This document shows positions 47,863-60,269 of a DNA stretch of 64,000 nt, piece after piece (position 1 is the stretch's first letter; each line of letters starts with the position of its first letter). The translations under genes were made by a program, and so were the position numbers. Source of the stretch: Takakia lepidozioides (Eukaryota > Plantae > Bryophyta). The notes beneath the pieces were generated by a model. It worked only from the letters and a program-made list of their open reading frames with translations. It had not been told where the DNA came from and made no database searches. The stretch is from NCBI GenBank assembly GCA_030704615.1, contig CM060732.1, positions 35,588,001-35,652,000 of the forward strand. The letters run 5' to 3'.

Positions 47863-48462
47863 TTGTGCCCATCTCCTCCCTGCTTTGAGTTCGTGCTGTG
47901 TCGTGAGGCCATGTCATGCCCGAATCACATCTATCGACGCCAGACGGGAGTCATTTTCCCGAAAGCAGACGACATCATTGTCTTCCTGGATGTTTACAGG
48001 GACGATCCTCGACTTGTCCAGCTGAGAGCAATGGAGTTTCTTCCAGGATTGCACGATTCTCCTGGACCCCGGCTGGGGAGCAGGTGGTTCCTACGCATCA
48101 TGGACCTGGACTTTCCGCATGTGTGGGAGCCGAACAGATCACGCACAGCGTTGCTGTATCGCTGGAATTGTTGCGAGTGGACGTATAATGAGTGCATAGG
48201 TGAAAACTTTACGCGTGGACGGACTGGCTCGGAAAGTGGGGACATTCTCTTCAGTTATGAGGATGAGGAGGAGGGGAACACAGGGCCCACTGTGAAAATG
48301 TCCTTCTACCAAGGAGGCGCTATCGATAAACACGACATCCTCGTTAGTTTCAACCGGGCGACAGAAACCACTGACATTTTGTTCAAATATAGGCACCCGG
48401 TCACTGAGGAGGTCCTTGAGAGGCCAGTTAGAGTTCCTTCTTCTTGGGCGAGGGGACCATAG
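47863..48462 (+). CDS. Conserved unknown small protein (~180-200 aa)
   Basis: Intact ORF; diverged homolog at 9166-9460 in a related element. Confidence 0.7.
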   Translation: MCPSPPCFEFVLCREAMSCPNHIYRRQTGVIFPKADDIIVFLDVYRDDPRLVQLRAMEFLPGLHDSPGPRLGSRWFLRIMDLDFPHVWEPNRSRTALLYRWNCCEWTYNECIGENFTRGRTGSESGDILFSYEDEEEGNTGPTVKMSFYQGGAIDKHDILVSFNRATETTDILFKYRHPVTEEVLERPVRVPSSWARGP

Positions 48463-49146
48463 GTCTTGCATGCTAGAGTAGACATGTTTCGACTCGCCGA
48501 CACTCATGGCACATACATTTTCATTCAGAAATCAAGCAGCTTCCCTGTGCCATATGGGGAATATACATGCTTGGATAATCTTCTGTTAAGGTTTTTGCAA
48601 TTCACTGCCAGTATGCTGGGACGTGTCCTTTGTCGTATGGATTGCTGTTTGCACAAGGTGCAGTATGCAAATGCTGGAATGTGCAGTAGGACCCTTCCCA
48701 CTGGGACACAGAACTAGCAATCTTGTAAAGGCATCACATTTGCAGACATTTGTAACAATGTATTTGTAGCAAATTGGAGTCTTCTCATAAAGGTGGACGA
48801 AAACGCCAGGATGGGCTGCGAAATCACTACAAATTGAATGAAGAGCAGTAACAAGGAAGCACTATGCAGTACACAGACCATAAATGGCGCTGAAATAGGC
48901 CTCAATGCCCGTTAATCTCCACACAATGTATGCTTTACTCGGATCCATTTGTAGACAACCAAAATAAAAAAAGCATGCGCATGCCATTCATGGCCAAAAA
49001 CCACATTCTCATGTATTGCGGCACCAAAATTCACCTGTAGCCATGGCGATGCGGCACCACCAAGTGTATAATTCCTCACAAAAAAATAGGGTGCAAGAAG
49101 ATGAATGTAATATAATTGCCACTTTCTCCTTCCCGAATGTGGAATG

Positions 49147-52100
49147 TCAAGCAGTCCGACCAGTATCCTGCCGTAGGGCCTTGTGCAGCTCGTTGAAACT
49201 CAGTGTTGGAGCATGGATGAAGACGTCCACTGCGGATATGCAACTCATGCGCTTCATAAAAATGTAATAAAGGTGTTTGCAGGGGACGTATGCTGCATTC
49301 TTCGATTCCATAACAAGGAAGTCCTCACAGTTGCAAGCTGGGTACTGTGAAACCATGATTGCATACACGACACTGCGCGCAGCAGACCCGACTGTTGACA
49401 ACTGAAATATGCGCCCCATCCCGGGGTGAGGAACATCCCTGCAACCTTGCACTATGCAGGGTATTGCAAGAGCGTTGGCCATCCTGGTGTCGTTCGCCTT
49501 TGTTGGTGGCCGCCGTCTTTTCAGTTTTCCCCACCGATGGGTGGGCCAAGCTGCGGGGTCACCCACCGGTATGCGGGGCGAAGAGCTTCTCGTGGGAGGA
49601 ATGTGACGATTGGGAATTGGATTTCGTGGAACGTCTGTCCTCTCCACCAGTCGAAACCCTGCACTTCCTAGAGCGTCTGCCTCCTCCAGGGTAAGATCTG
49701 TACCACTTGCCACAGGCCAGACTGCCGGTGGTTCAGGCATGCCTTGTACACCATACTTGGGCTTGCCGAACACACACGACATGATGTCGTGCCTGCAGAA
49801 CCAAAACTCCTTCAGTGTGGCCTCCACAAACTTTGCGCACACAAATCTCCCTGTGAAGCAAAGGGCAGGCACACTGCCCTGCGGGCTCCTCCGAATCATC
49901 TCATTGCATCTCTGGTTGGTGTCGACACGAACAGCACAACATTTGCCACGAAATGTCGGACGGGTCCGTGCAATTCTCCACTGCGAGGCCGACACATCTC
50001 GCTCCACGATTGGAATGCTGTATTGGGTAACGAAAACAGGAGCAACATGCCCATCCTCGGCATGTTGTCCCGAGTCTGGCAGCGATTCCATGGATGCTGT
50101 AGGAGAGGGGGTACGAGTCCTGCTTCGTGGAGGCGTGGGACGCAACATTGTTGCGCCCCGAGGTTGAGTGCGGATGTTCATATCTGATCTCCATGAATCC
50201 CCATCCCCTCCGGGCATGTCCTCAATTCTTCTCTTCACCGGCCGGCTGCGGACATCGCCCTCCAGGCAGTTCCCCCGACTGTGTAACGGCGTTGACCTTA
50301 TTGTTTCCCGCAATGCAGCAGTCCATTTTCTGGGATCGGTCGAACGATGCGCCGCCCTCATCAGCATCTCCTGCCTGTCTGGTCCGATACCCCATTGCTT
50401 TCCTCCCAGAAACTGGTAGTAATGAGATTGTTGCATGATGGCCCTCACAATATCTTCTGTTATTGCTGTCAACATGTCAACGAGATGTGCTGCAGAGGAA
50501 GCACGCCAGAAAGAGTGCACCGATTCGGCCATGTTCGTCGTCGGCATATCCGTGTCATCCTCCAAGCTCATGTCCTGTTGAAGGAAATTAGATATGTCAC
50601 TGATTGTGGAGAATGTCCAAGCACAAAACAGAACAATTGTCAAGTACAGAAATGTGTTACCTATCTCATGTAGTCTCCAAACTGGCGGAATCTATAATGC
50701 CACCACGCAAGCCACGTTTGCAGTTCTGGCTGATCTTTCACATGCACTGCCCCTGAAGACACCCACCAGGCGCGTATGGTTGCAAACTCGGTCTCCGCCT
50801 CGTCGATGGAATTCGCATTTTTCCACGCTAGGCACATACTGATATGATCCTGCGGTGGCGTGACGCCACGAACCTTTTCGTGTTTTGCGTCAAACTCTGC
50901 ATGAAGTGGAACCCGCAAGATCTCTCCTTTCCTTCCATTGGAGTCTTTGGGTCGTCCCCATATACCCTCCTAACTGCAGCCCAGTTTGCCTGGGCATTGT
51001 CAGCCATGAAGCCCCTAAAATCGGGAGGGGGCAACTTGGCTCTCGCCATTTGCTCATTAATTCCGCGCCACATATGCAACTCCGAATCTGTGTCTTCTCC
51101 CTTCATTTCGCAGATAGCAATGGTCATCAACTTTCTGCAATGTGGGTCGTATACATGTGCCCCCATTGTCACCCAATCGTGGTTGGTAATTTGCCGGATG
51201 TGGTCGAACATGACCCAACAATTTGAAAGGTCTCCACTGGTCATCCGCTTCACCAAATCGACGCCGCTCCCCGGTCCGCACGTTGACATCTTAAATATGA
51301 AGCACCTGTCCGTCTCTGAGCCTTGACCAGGAAAGAAGCTGCCTTGGATGAAGTCGTAGCCGCATGTGCGCTTCACTTCCAAGATGGAGTGCATGTCTGA
51401 TCCTCTTCCGATTCGTTTCTTGCAGCTGACAATGTGGTTCCTGACATTGGGGCTGCACACATGGGAGACAGCTTCCAGCAGGTCCTTCATGTCCCCCTCG
51501 CCCAGCTTCTCTCTTGTGCTTCCGTCCTCCGACATTATTCTGCCAATTGCAATCCTATGTGCCGATGCGAGCTGTATCTGCTTTGGTTTTGCACCCGGCC
51601 TCAACCTCACCTCCTCCTTGATAATATCCTGGGCTTGTTGAAAGCGACTCTGCAATTGCCTCTGGCGAGGGGGTGCTCATGCTTTCCGATGTGAATGCAT
51701 GCTCTGGTGCACGCTGGGCCGACGGTCCCGACGTAGTACTGCTTGGCGTTGCACACTGCCATGCATGTAGGGGCTGCGTTGCAATGGGCACACTTGAACG
51801 TCCCTGCAGGAACTCTACCTTGAGGCCAAAATGGGGTCGACGAATTGCCAATCCAGTCAGTCTCATTCCTGGTGCCTTTGCTAGTGTAATGGTAACATGT
51901 GCTCGAGAAACATTTAAGATGCCCAGCACACAATACATATCTCACTCGAACTCCATCACCCAGGTTGGACGATGAAGTTTTGGTGACACACCAAGGGTGG
52001 CCGTCATGTTTCCTGTTCATTCCTGCGAGCATGCCGTCTGGGCCTGCGCCTGCCGGCACTGGAGGGAACTCGTAGATAGCATTCCCATCCACAACATCAG

Positions 52101-52847
52101 GCAAAGTTTCCACAGAATGGATTGGAGTTTTGTCGTAATCAAGCCTAAGAAGGTCACTGGAGCGGGAACCCGTTGTCTTCATCCTCCGCAATATGTCGAT
52201 TACTGAGCGGACGGAAGTTGAGTCGGACGGTGTATGCTGAACACTCCTAGTGACGGACGACTTCGAAACATACGATGGAAGGACCATACAGTCTTCATCG
52301 TCACTGGATAAGTCGTGGACGACTGTTTCCCTGTTTTCCTGGATTTCCCTTTTCACATGTTTGGGCTTCTCTGCTTGTGAAGAGGTGCCCACATCCTTCA
52401 CATCTTGCACGCCAGACCTCTTGTGGAAGGAGGATCAACCAAGTTCCAGCGTGGGAATTCTTTAGGCACGATTTCACCAATGGCACTGTACCGGATGGAT
52501 TCAGAAGCTGGGAGCCGCCACTCTTTGCTTTTTCCGAAATCTGCATGCAGAATGACGGCACTTTCCAGAAAATTTCCATAAGCATCCTTCGTCTCCTCTT
52601 CCAAAAACACCGTTCCAGGGAGGAGCCCGAACTTCACACACAAGTACTGCTCAGTGACAATCGCAAATCCTTGGTCGCAGGGTATTTTAGCTTTCAGAGA
52701 ATCAGGATGGAAGTACACGTTGACCCAAACACGGGAGTCCATTTTGAAGACGGGACCTCTCGGTACGCTCCGCAGCGAAGTCCTGCAATGAGAAGAGTGT
52801 GTCCTACCTAATAACACAAATGATTTTCTGGAGGATTCCGTATCCAA
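49147..52847 (-). pseudogene. Mutator-like DDE transposase with GCM/WRKY-like zinc finger and C-terminal SWIM finger (frameshifted, intron ~50576-50660)
   Basis: CAGHLKC....C...FKCAHC...C...IHIGKHEHP; WVMFD, GFMAD, CGFH, TTNMAESVH (D, D, CxxH, E); YPACNCEDF...PCKHLYYIF. Confidence 0.85.
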
Positions 52848-52979
52848 CAGGATGGGTGATCAGTGCACGTAAAGATGAAGGTGTGTAACGTACGACGAGA
52901 ACAGCAAGTTCACATCGGATATTTGGTGCCTGAATTGTAATGTACAACCACTTGGGCTACAATAAATCAGGCCTTCCCA

Positions 52980-54610
52980 TGAATTTCGGCACCGAAATCT
53001 GGATGAACATCTCTGTCATGTAACAGCTTTGGAAGCCAGGGGATGAATTCTGGCAACAGAAATCGTAATTTGTTTACCTCATTAAACTGACCAAGCACCC
53101 AACGGATGGATTTCGGTGCCGAAATTCGGGATGAACTTCTTCTTCATTAATTGTATCTGCACATATGGGTTGAATTTAGATGCCAAAATACGGATGAATG
53201 TGTTCCTGATTACAGTCGTGATTCACCACGTGTCCGGATATCGGTGCCGACTTCCGAATGACAATAATCCTGAATCGGCAGAATGGATGTATTTCGGCGC
53301 CGAAATTCATTCTTCATCTCCTTTTCCGACCCTAATTCTGCTGCCTTGCGGATGGATTTCGGTGCCGGAATTCATCGGAAGTCCTTTTTGTTTTTTTTTT
53401 CTTTGCGACAGATGAACTTTGGCGCCGAATCTCATCCAAGTACTCCCTTTTAATTTTCCTTTTTCTTCGCGAGCAATGAATTTCGGCGCCGAAATTCAAC
53501 CGAAATCCTCCCGATTTTATTTTTTTCTTCGCGAGAGCATTGAATTTCGGCGCCGAAATTCATTCCAATCCTCCCGAAATTTTTATTTTCCTTCGCGAGC
53601 AATGAATTTCGGCGCCGAAATTCATCCGAAGTCCTCCCGAAAATTTTTATTTTTCTTCGCGAGCAATGAATTTCGGCGCCGAAATTCAGCCGACTTCATC
53701 CCTCCAAATTCTTTCAGGTGTTTGAGCGCCGGATTTCGGCGCCGAAATTCATCCAATGCCCTCCCTCCAATATTTATTTTTTCTTTGAAATGGATCAATT
53801 TCGGCGCCGAAATTCATCCTTACTGTCCGCAATGAGTAACTCTAATATTACATTTTCTATGCGACGGATGAATTTCGGCGCCGAAATTCGTCCAAACCAG
53901 CACTTACTTTTGCTTTTGGATGATAATTTCCGTAAATCGTTGGAAATACCCCGTTCCGACGAATATAAAAGGATTATTCTGCATTTAATGGAGAAATCGG
54001 CATATTAAACCACTTCTGTCAAAATTAATTGCATTAAAGCCGTTTTTTTTTCATTTGAAACTGACAGTATCCATTAAGTGGTCTTTTCGCACGGGACGTT
54101 GCCGCACGTAAAGTATAATTTCGGCGCCGAAATTATAGAAATGTCCACAAATGGCAAGTCCAACAGGCATGGACAGCATCCTCGGGGCAATGATGGCGTC
54201 AAATCGTAGCATGGTGCCAATTTAGTCTTCGCTCTGGATGAATTTCGGCGCCGAAATAATGATGATTTCACCTCGTGTACGCGCGGACGGAGATATTCGT
54301 AATGAATTTCGGCGCCGAAATATGGATGAAATGTGCCCAAGTGCAACCGTTTTCACTGTCCCGGAATTAATTCCGGCTCCGATATCCCACTGACAGGTTT
54401 GCTCATGACGAATGAGGACTTCGGAAGCGATGAATTGCGGCGCCGAAATTCATCCATCCGCTGTTGAAACGTACCGACCTGACTGTTCAATGTCATAGGC
54501 AGGGGATTTCATGGCGGTTGGGTTTCATGATGTGCGGATATTTCATTCAATGCCGGCTGCTCCGGGAACAGCATCCGGTGAACGGAACGGTATTTCGGTG
54601 CCGCAATTCG
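52980..54610. repeat. Central array of the palindrome AATTTCGGCGCCGAAATT, ~63-bp period
   Basis: Perfect 18-mers at 53479, 53543, 53605, 53669, 53797, 53871, 54117; near-perfect at ~52982, 53109, 53290, 53355, 53415, 53732, 54241, 54305, 54433, 54591. Confidence 0.95.
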
Positions 54611-55119
54611 GATAAACTGTCTTGTATTGGTGGCTGGAACTGGCACGCGTCGTGTTCCAGTCGACTTCATCCGTGCGAACGTGTCAGGGGTCACAATCTC
54701 TCATCACCCATACGGCAAAAAAGTGTGGACGGTGGCAACGCTTCGGGAGACGTGGCTGCTTACGCATCTGCTCGTGCATAGTGGTTGCATGTTCCACCGC
54801 TTCGCTCTCTCGCTCCTTGCCCTTCTGCAGTGACGTTCTCCTGCGTTTCCTCTCCTTATGCGGCATAGTGGTAGCATAGAGTTTGTGGAAGGTCAGGCGA
54901 CTCCGGCAAGAGAAGGAGGACGGGGGATTTTGGGAAGCCGCCGACGACACGACTTAAGCTCCGTCTCATGCATGAAATGCAGACCTCGTTATCCGGAGAC
55001 TCGGATCGCCCACCAGTGAGAGATTCGTGCTTCGCGGATGTGAAGCACTCCATACGCAATATTCCTTTTACACCTTTTTTTTGGCGTGCAGTGTCTCATG
55101 TTTTCCTGTTTGTTTGACA

Positions 55120-58100
55120 TGGGAGCTGGGGAGAGATCGCAGGGGGGCGAGGCAACACAGTCAACTTTGGATACTCCTGCCCGGGTGCTGCGCTCACAAG
55201 GTGGAAGTGCATCGAGGCAGACGAGTCCTCATTCAACACCTCAGATATCGCCTCCGAAAAGCCCACCTAGAGTTCGGAAGCCGAGAAAGCAGAAGGAGCC
55301 CATGGCTTCGCCAGTAAAACCCCTAGGGAGACTGGAAGCGGAGATATTGGGTTTGCAGTCAATTTCAGAAAACACAGATGCGGTGGAGGCTGCTGGAGAT
55401 GTGGGAGTCGGAACTGCAGAAGGGCGGCCCATTCAGCTGACAGAAGGAGAGGACGATAACGTGGTACGACTTGGCGACGATCAGAACCTGCTGGAACTTG
55501 CGGAGGAGCAAAACCTCCAGGACAGTACACAGGCTGGTGAGAGGGGTGAGGGAAGTGACAGAGGTGATACAAGTAAGAAACTAGTGGCGGGTATGCTCAT
55601 GAGCGCACGAGACATGAACATAGCAGCAAACAGTTGCTGGCAGAGACTCATAGCAACATAGGCCGCGTTTTGGGCTCCATGGTGTATCCGGAGAACCTCA
55701 AAGTTCCTTTGTGTCGCATGGTTAGCCTTCCAGTTGTAAGGCAAGCACTGCCAGGGGATATCGATCGACTGAAGCACAACTTCAGAGAAGGGTACAGACG
55801 GGGGTCGGCAGCATTCTACGTTTCCATCGAGAATGACCAGGGTGTCACAAGGGGCCCCACTGCAGAGGAGCTTCAGAATTGGGGCCCCCACTGGCACACT
55901 GTTAATGCCGAGTTTGAAGCCTATCTGAAGACTAATCCCACATTCGCACACATGGAAGGGAAGATGTTCTTCGTTTGGGACGGGAACCACAGGATGCTTG
56001 CCTTGACAGAGTACATTGCTGAAATGCATCCGCAAGATATCAGTTGGCATTACATGGTGGACTGCATTGTCGTGAAGGTGGACGTCAGGGACAGAGGACT
56101 GTTGAAGGGTGCCATGGCGGATATAAATCTGTAAGTATACAATTACATCCTTGTGTACTGCCTATTGCGGTGCCGAAATAGGCAATGTTCACCACTGTCA
56201 TGCACTCTATGAACTGGAAATTGGATTGCTGTGCCGAAATCATATTTTCATGTTGTTTTTTTTCTCCATGGCAGGGTAACAGAGAGGGCCTTCGTGGAAA
56301 CTCATCTGGCACATACGCTCTACAGAGTGCAAGAAGTGGGGACAGCTCCGCTGACGGACTTCCAAAAATCCCTCGATCCCGAGCTGTACAGGAAGTCCCT
56401 AGCGAAAGCAGATCGCACCTGGTACCGACCAACACTGGACGCCATGGTGGAGATCCTCTATTCGGTGAGGTTCATCTCAAATTTCAGTATCAATTTAATG
56501 TTATTTGTTGCAGGGATCCGTGGCCTGACTGTATCTGCTGGGTATGGGAATGCAACGAACATCAGGGATGACTTGGCCTATGCCAAAAGGCAGTTCTTTG
56601 AGAATGATGCCCCCAACAAGGCGGACGCGTTGATAGAGAGTCATATTGTGCAGGCAGGGAAGCAATCCCGGACCAAGTACAGGTCCAAACTTGTTAAGCA
56701 AGTTGCAATCGCTGACCCTGGCCTTGGTGCCGAGTTCCTGGCGGAGATAGGACTGCATTACTCCAGACCCATGAAACCGGAAATGTCCATGGAGAAACTT
56801 CATCACATCGCAGTGTCCTGTGTTGAGCCGGCGGAGAAGGTAAGCATGTGTTTATTCTTGTTTTGTGACTTCTCGCGATTCTTATGTTGGAGTTCTTGTC
56901 TGACCGATGTGAGGTGGCTGCAGACGAGGTGGCTGCGAATCTGGAACGGCCATACAAACACGAAGCTGCTGTACCACTTTCCCATCGAGCCAACAGACGA
57001 CAAAATGAACGACTGGCTCAATGTCATGACTTGGTGGCATCAGGTATAATTTTCTCCTATTCTGTGTTGGACATCGTCGCAATTTCAAAATCATGAATGT
57101 TTTGGAAACCTGCCATGATGCAGGTACTGACCCACGCCCAGGAGCAATTGGACTGCAACACCACCACTTTCAAGTTACAGATCGACTGGACGAAGCCTGA
57201 GACAATGGAGAACTACGTGCAGTCCTGGCGAGGGCGCTTCGCAAACCTCTTTTTCAGAGAAATTGCAAAGGCAAGACGCAGCGTATACATCGAAGAGCAG
57301 GAGGGTGCCGACAAAGCGGCAATGCGTGTCCTGTTCAGGTAATCTGCTGACAATGCATCCCCCTATTTGCAGTTTAGATGATTTGGTTAAGCAGCGATGG
57401 ATATTGCGGCGCCAAAATATACCTCTGCAAGATGCGAGTTCTGGGTAATTGGGGCACGGTCCACTCCGTATTTCGGTGCCGAAATACCTTGTGCATTGAC
57501 AACTTCCACTTGCATGATGCATCGGTAGAATGATTTTTGTTGAACTGCCTCGTGATTGCAGGTACATAAACTTTGCACTCATTCCGTCCGGAGCCATTCA
57601 AAGGGTTCCACCATTCTTCCTGGCGTGGAGGACACCTGGAGGTCGTGGAATGATGTACACAGAAGTAATGGCGAAGGAGTGGCATGCCGAGCATTTGGTA
57701 GACTGCCCCTGGTATGTGGATCTCCCAAGTGGAACCGTTGACCTCTCGGAGGTTAACTTGAAGAAGGAAGCAAATGCCAGGGCTATGAAGGCGCAATCGG
57801 ATCCCCAACCAGAGGACGCGGAAAGACTGAAAGCAGAGGAGGCAGCCAAGCAGAAAGCACTGAGAAAGTCAGCCAAGGCGGCAGCGTTGGCGAAGGAGCA
57901 GATGGAAAAGCAGGCAGCTGAGCAGCCCAAGGACAGGAAGAAAAGAACGCGCAAACAGGGGCAAGAGACGAAGACCCCACACCCAAGAAGAAGAAGCAGC
58001 AACACAGTCAGCCAGATGAGGAGGATTCCGACGACGATTTCCAGCAGGAAAACACCCACGGGGCCACACCTCGTCCGAAAATTCACAAGGGCCAGCGCTC

Positions 58101-60027
58101 CGGGGGGTCGGCTGTGAAGAGATCACTATACGAGGATGCACCTGGCAGACCCTACCATGCGGTGCACATTGCGGGCAGGGAAGTCCTCAAAACACCCACA
58201 ATTGTGGAGTGTGTTAATGAAAATTTCCTAACTGCTCTGACAAAAAGGCTGGAGATAATGAGATTGAGGAAGGCGATCGAGGCCCACCAGGGGAAGGGGA
58301 AGAGGAAGGCCACTGGCAATGATATGGAGGACACTCCTGGCTACACAAAGATGATGGAGTATTTTGTGGCGATGAGCCACGGCAAAAAGAGCACAGTCGG
58401 GGGCAGGGCGGTGAAAGCCTCCATCGACATGATCCTTGTGGATATCCCGGATGGGCAGGAGATACTGGGGCTGGGCTCAATTCCCTGGTGGAACAAGTAC
58501 GACGAAAGATACTGGAGCCACACATTCGGGTTCGCAACCAACATGTTGGACGAGGTTGGCTGTGTTGTTGTGCTAGCAGCCGATGGAGAAGTCACTGAGA
58601 ATGATATCAACGTATGGACGGGGAGAAGTGCAGCGCCCATCTTGAAAAAGATCTGGACTTGCATCAACACGCAGGGTCTTCTCAACGATGGCTAGAAGGT
58701 ATGCTGTGGTTCTCCTCTGCTATGTCAATTTCTGCGCCGAAATTGCCCCTGTACGTGTAGGCCACCTCTGACGTTTTCATTTCCTTCTCTGCAGACTCTT
58801 ATCTTTCAGGCATTTTGCTTCGTGAAGGAACATTCGAAATTCATATTACGTGAAGCAGGAAGACTTGTTGATTCCACAGTTGATCCACTAGAGTATAACG
58901 TCCTGTTCAACCATGTGGGAGAGAAGGACATTCTTTGTGATTTGTCGGGCAAGCCATGGAGGTATGGCAGGACCAGGAGTCTTGCATTCATCCAGACGCT
59001 TATGGAAACGTGTACGGATGTTGAAGGCAGGGTCCTTGACGTCACTGCAAATACAGGTGAGAACGTTAATTGAATGCGGCACCGAAATTGACACCATTTC
59101 CGTTTGTGTATGTTTGCTTGTGCGAGGAAGCGACTCATTCTTGAGTTTGGCTGTGGTTGTGTCGTATGAATTCGCAGGTGCCTGTATGTGGGCGGGAAGG
59201 ATGTCGAACCGATTTGTGTTCTCATTTGAGGGGGATACGGCCTTGTACGATTACAATTTGGCGGGCCTTCAGCGTCTGCCTCCGACTGAGGATCCCAAAA
59301 ACGCAGAAGAGGACGTGGAAGGAGAGGAGGAAGATGAAGAGGAGGAAGTCCGGGAAATTCGTTCGATGCAGGGGCGCCCGAAGCCGCTTCCCCCAATGCC
59401 TGTCTTCGAGTGAGTTGCACCATAGTAAGTGTATTGGTTTCGGTTGTAGGGACCATGCAACCTGCCGATGATTCCCTGTTTGAATTCTCTAATGTACTTC
59501 ATTCTATGTTTGTGCGTATACTCAGCCTTGCAGAGTCGTCCGACGAGGAGAAGCTGGGAGACTTGCCCGAATCGGACCCTGTTGCAGAGGAGGAGACAGA
59601 ATCGCATCGGCCATTCTTTGCCAGAAAATCGTTTCTCGCGAGTCCCCAGAAGCCCTTTTTTCTACCAGCCTATGCAGACACGGCTGCCAAAGAAGCCATC
59701 AGGAGGGAGGATAGGCCTACTCGGTTAGAGCAATTGACATACGGGAATGAGAAGAGAATTATAATGAGGCGTGAGGCCAAACATAGAATTGTGAAAGGCA
59801 GAGTAGGGAAGTTCGTAATAGAATCCGTGTCCGAGAGCGAGGGGAATGTTGAGGACACCTCCGCACCCAGGTGGACAGTTCCGGTTGGTGAGGATGGTAT
59901 TTTTGAGGGGAGGGCTTCTCAGAGTAACAGCGGTAGCGGCAGTGCAGGTTCGGAGGCAGGTGGAAGGCAGCCATCCTTGCATGAGGCCGGGGATGCATCG
60001 GACAGTGATAGCGGATCCTCACCATAG
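55120..60027 (+). pseudogene. Multi-exon gene: ParB/Srx-like domain fused to a beta-class N6-adenine/N4-cytosine DNA-methyltransferase-like domain; two apparent frameshifts and one stop
   Basis: VPLCRMVSLPVVRQ..IDRLKHNFREGY...FFVWDGNHRMLAL (DGNHR 55979-55993); SIDMILVDIPDG (58420-58455), FATNMLDEVGCVVV, RSLAFIQTLMETCTDVEGRVLDVTANTG|ACMWAGRMSNRFVFSFEGD; GT-AG introns e.g. 56131-56274, 56840-56922, 57044-57123, 57339-57561, 58699-58794, 59057-59177, 59410-59449. Confidence 0.75.
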
Positions 60028-60269
60028 CGAAGTCTCATTTGGATCCTTTTGTTGTACAGTTCTGAAACACTTAATGAAAATATTGACGATTTGAAAAATC
60101 ATTGTGTTCAGACTGCTTGTCCGATTCCCTACATTTCTTCCGCCAACCAAAATGTATAATAAAAGCAGAAGAGACGCAAACTTCAGTGAAGAACCCTACA
60201 AGTAATTTATGCACACCATCGAGCCGAGAACTTGAAGCCATGAAAACCCTGCCGTTTCTAACATTCCTA

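Noticed and set aside
53116-54346. ORFs with repeated NFGAEI / FRRRNS peptides
   Set aside because: Direct translations of the palindrome array
52980-54610. CRISPR-like appearance (palindromic repeat with regular spacing)
   Set aside because: Central spacers are copies of each other (TTTTCTTCGCGAGCAATG), the repeat is only 18-20 bp, there are no cas genes, and the context is a eukaryotic transposon
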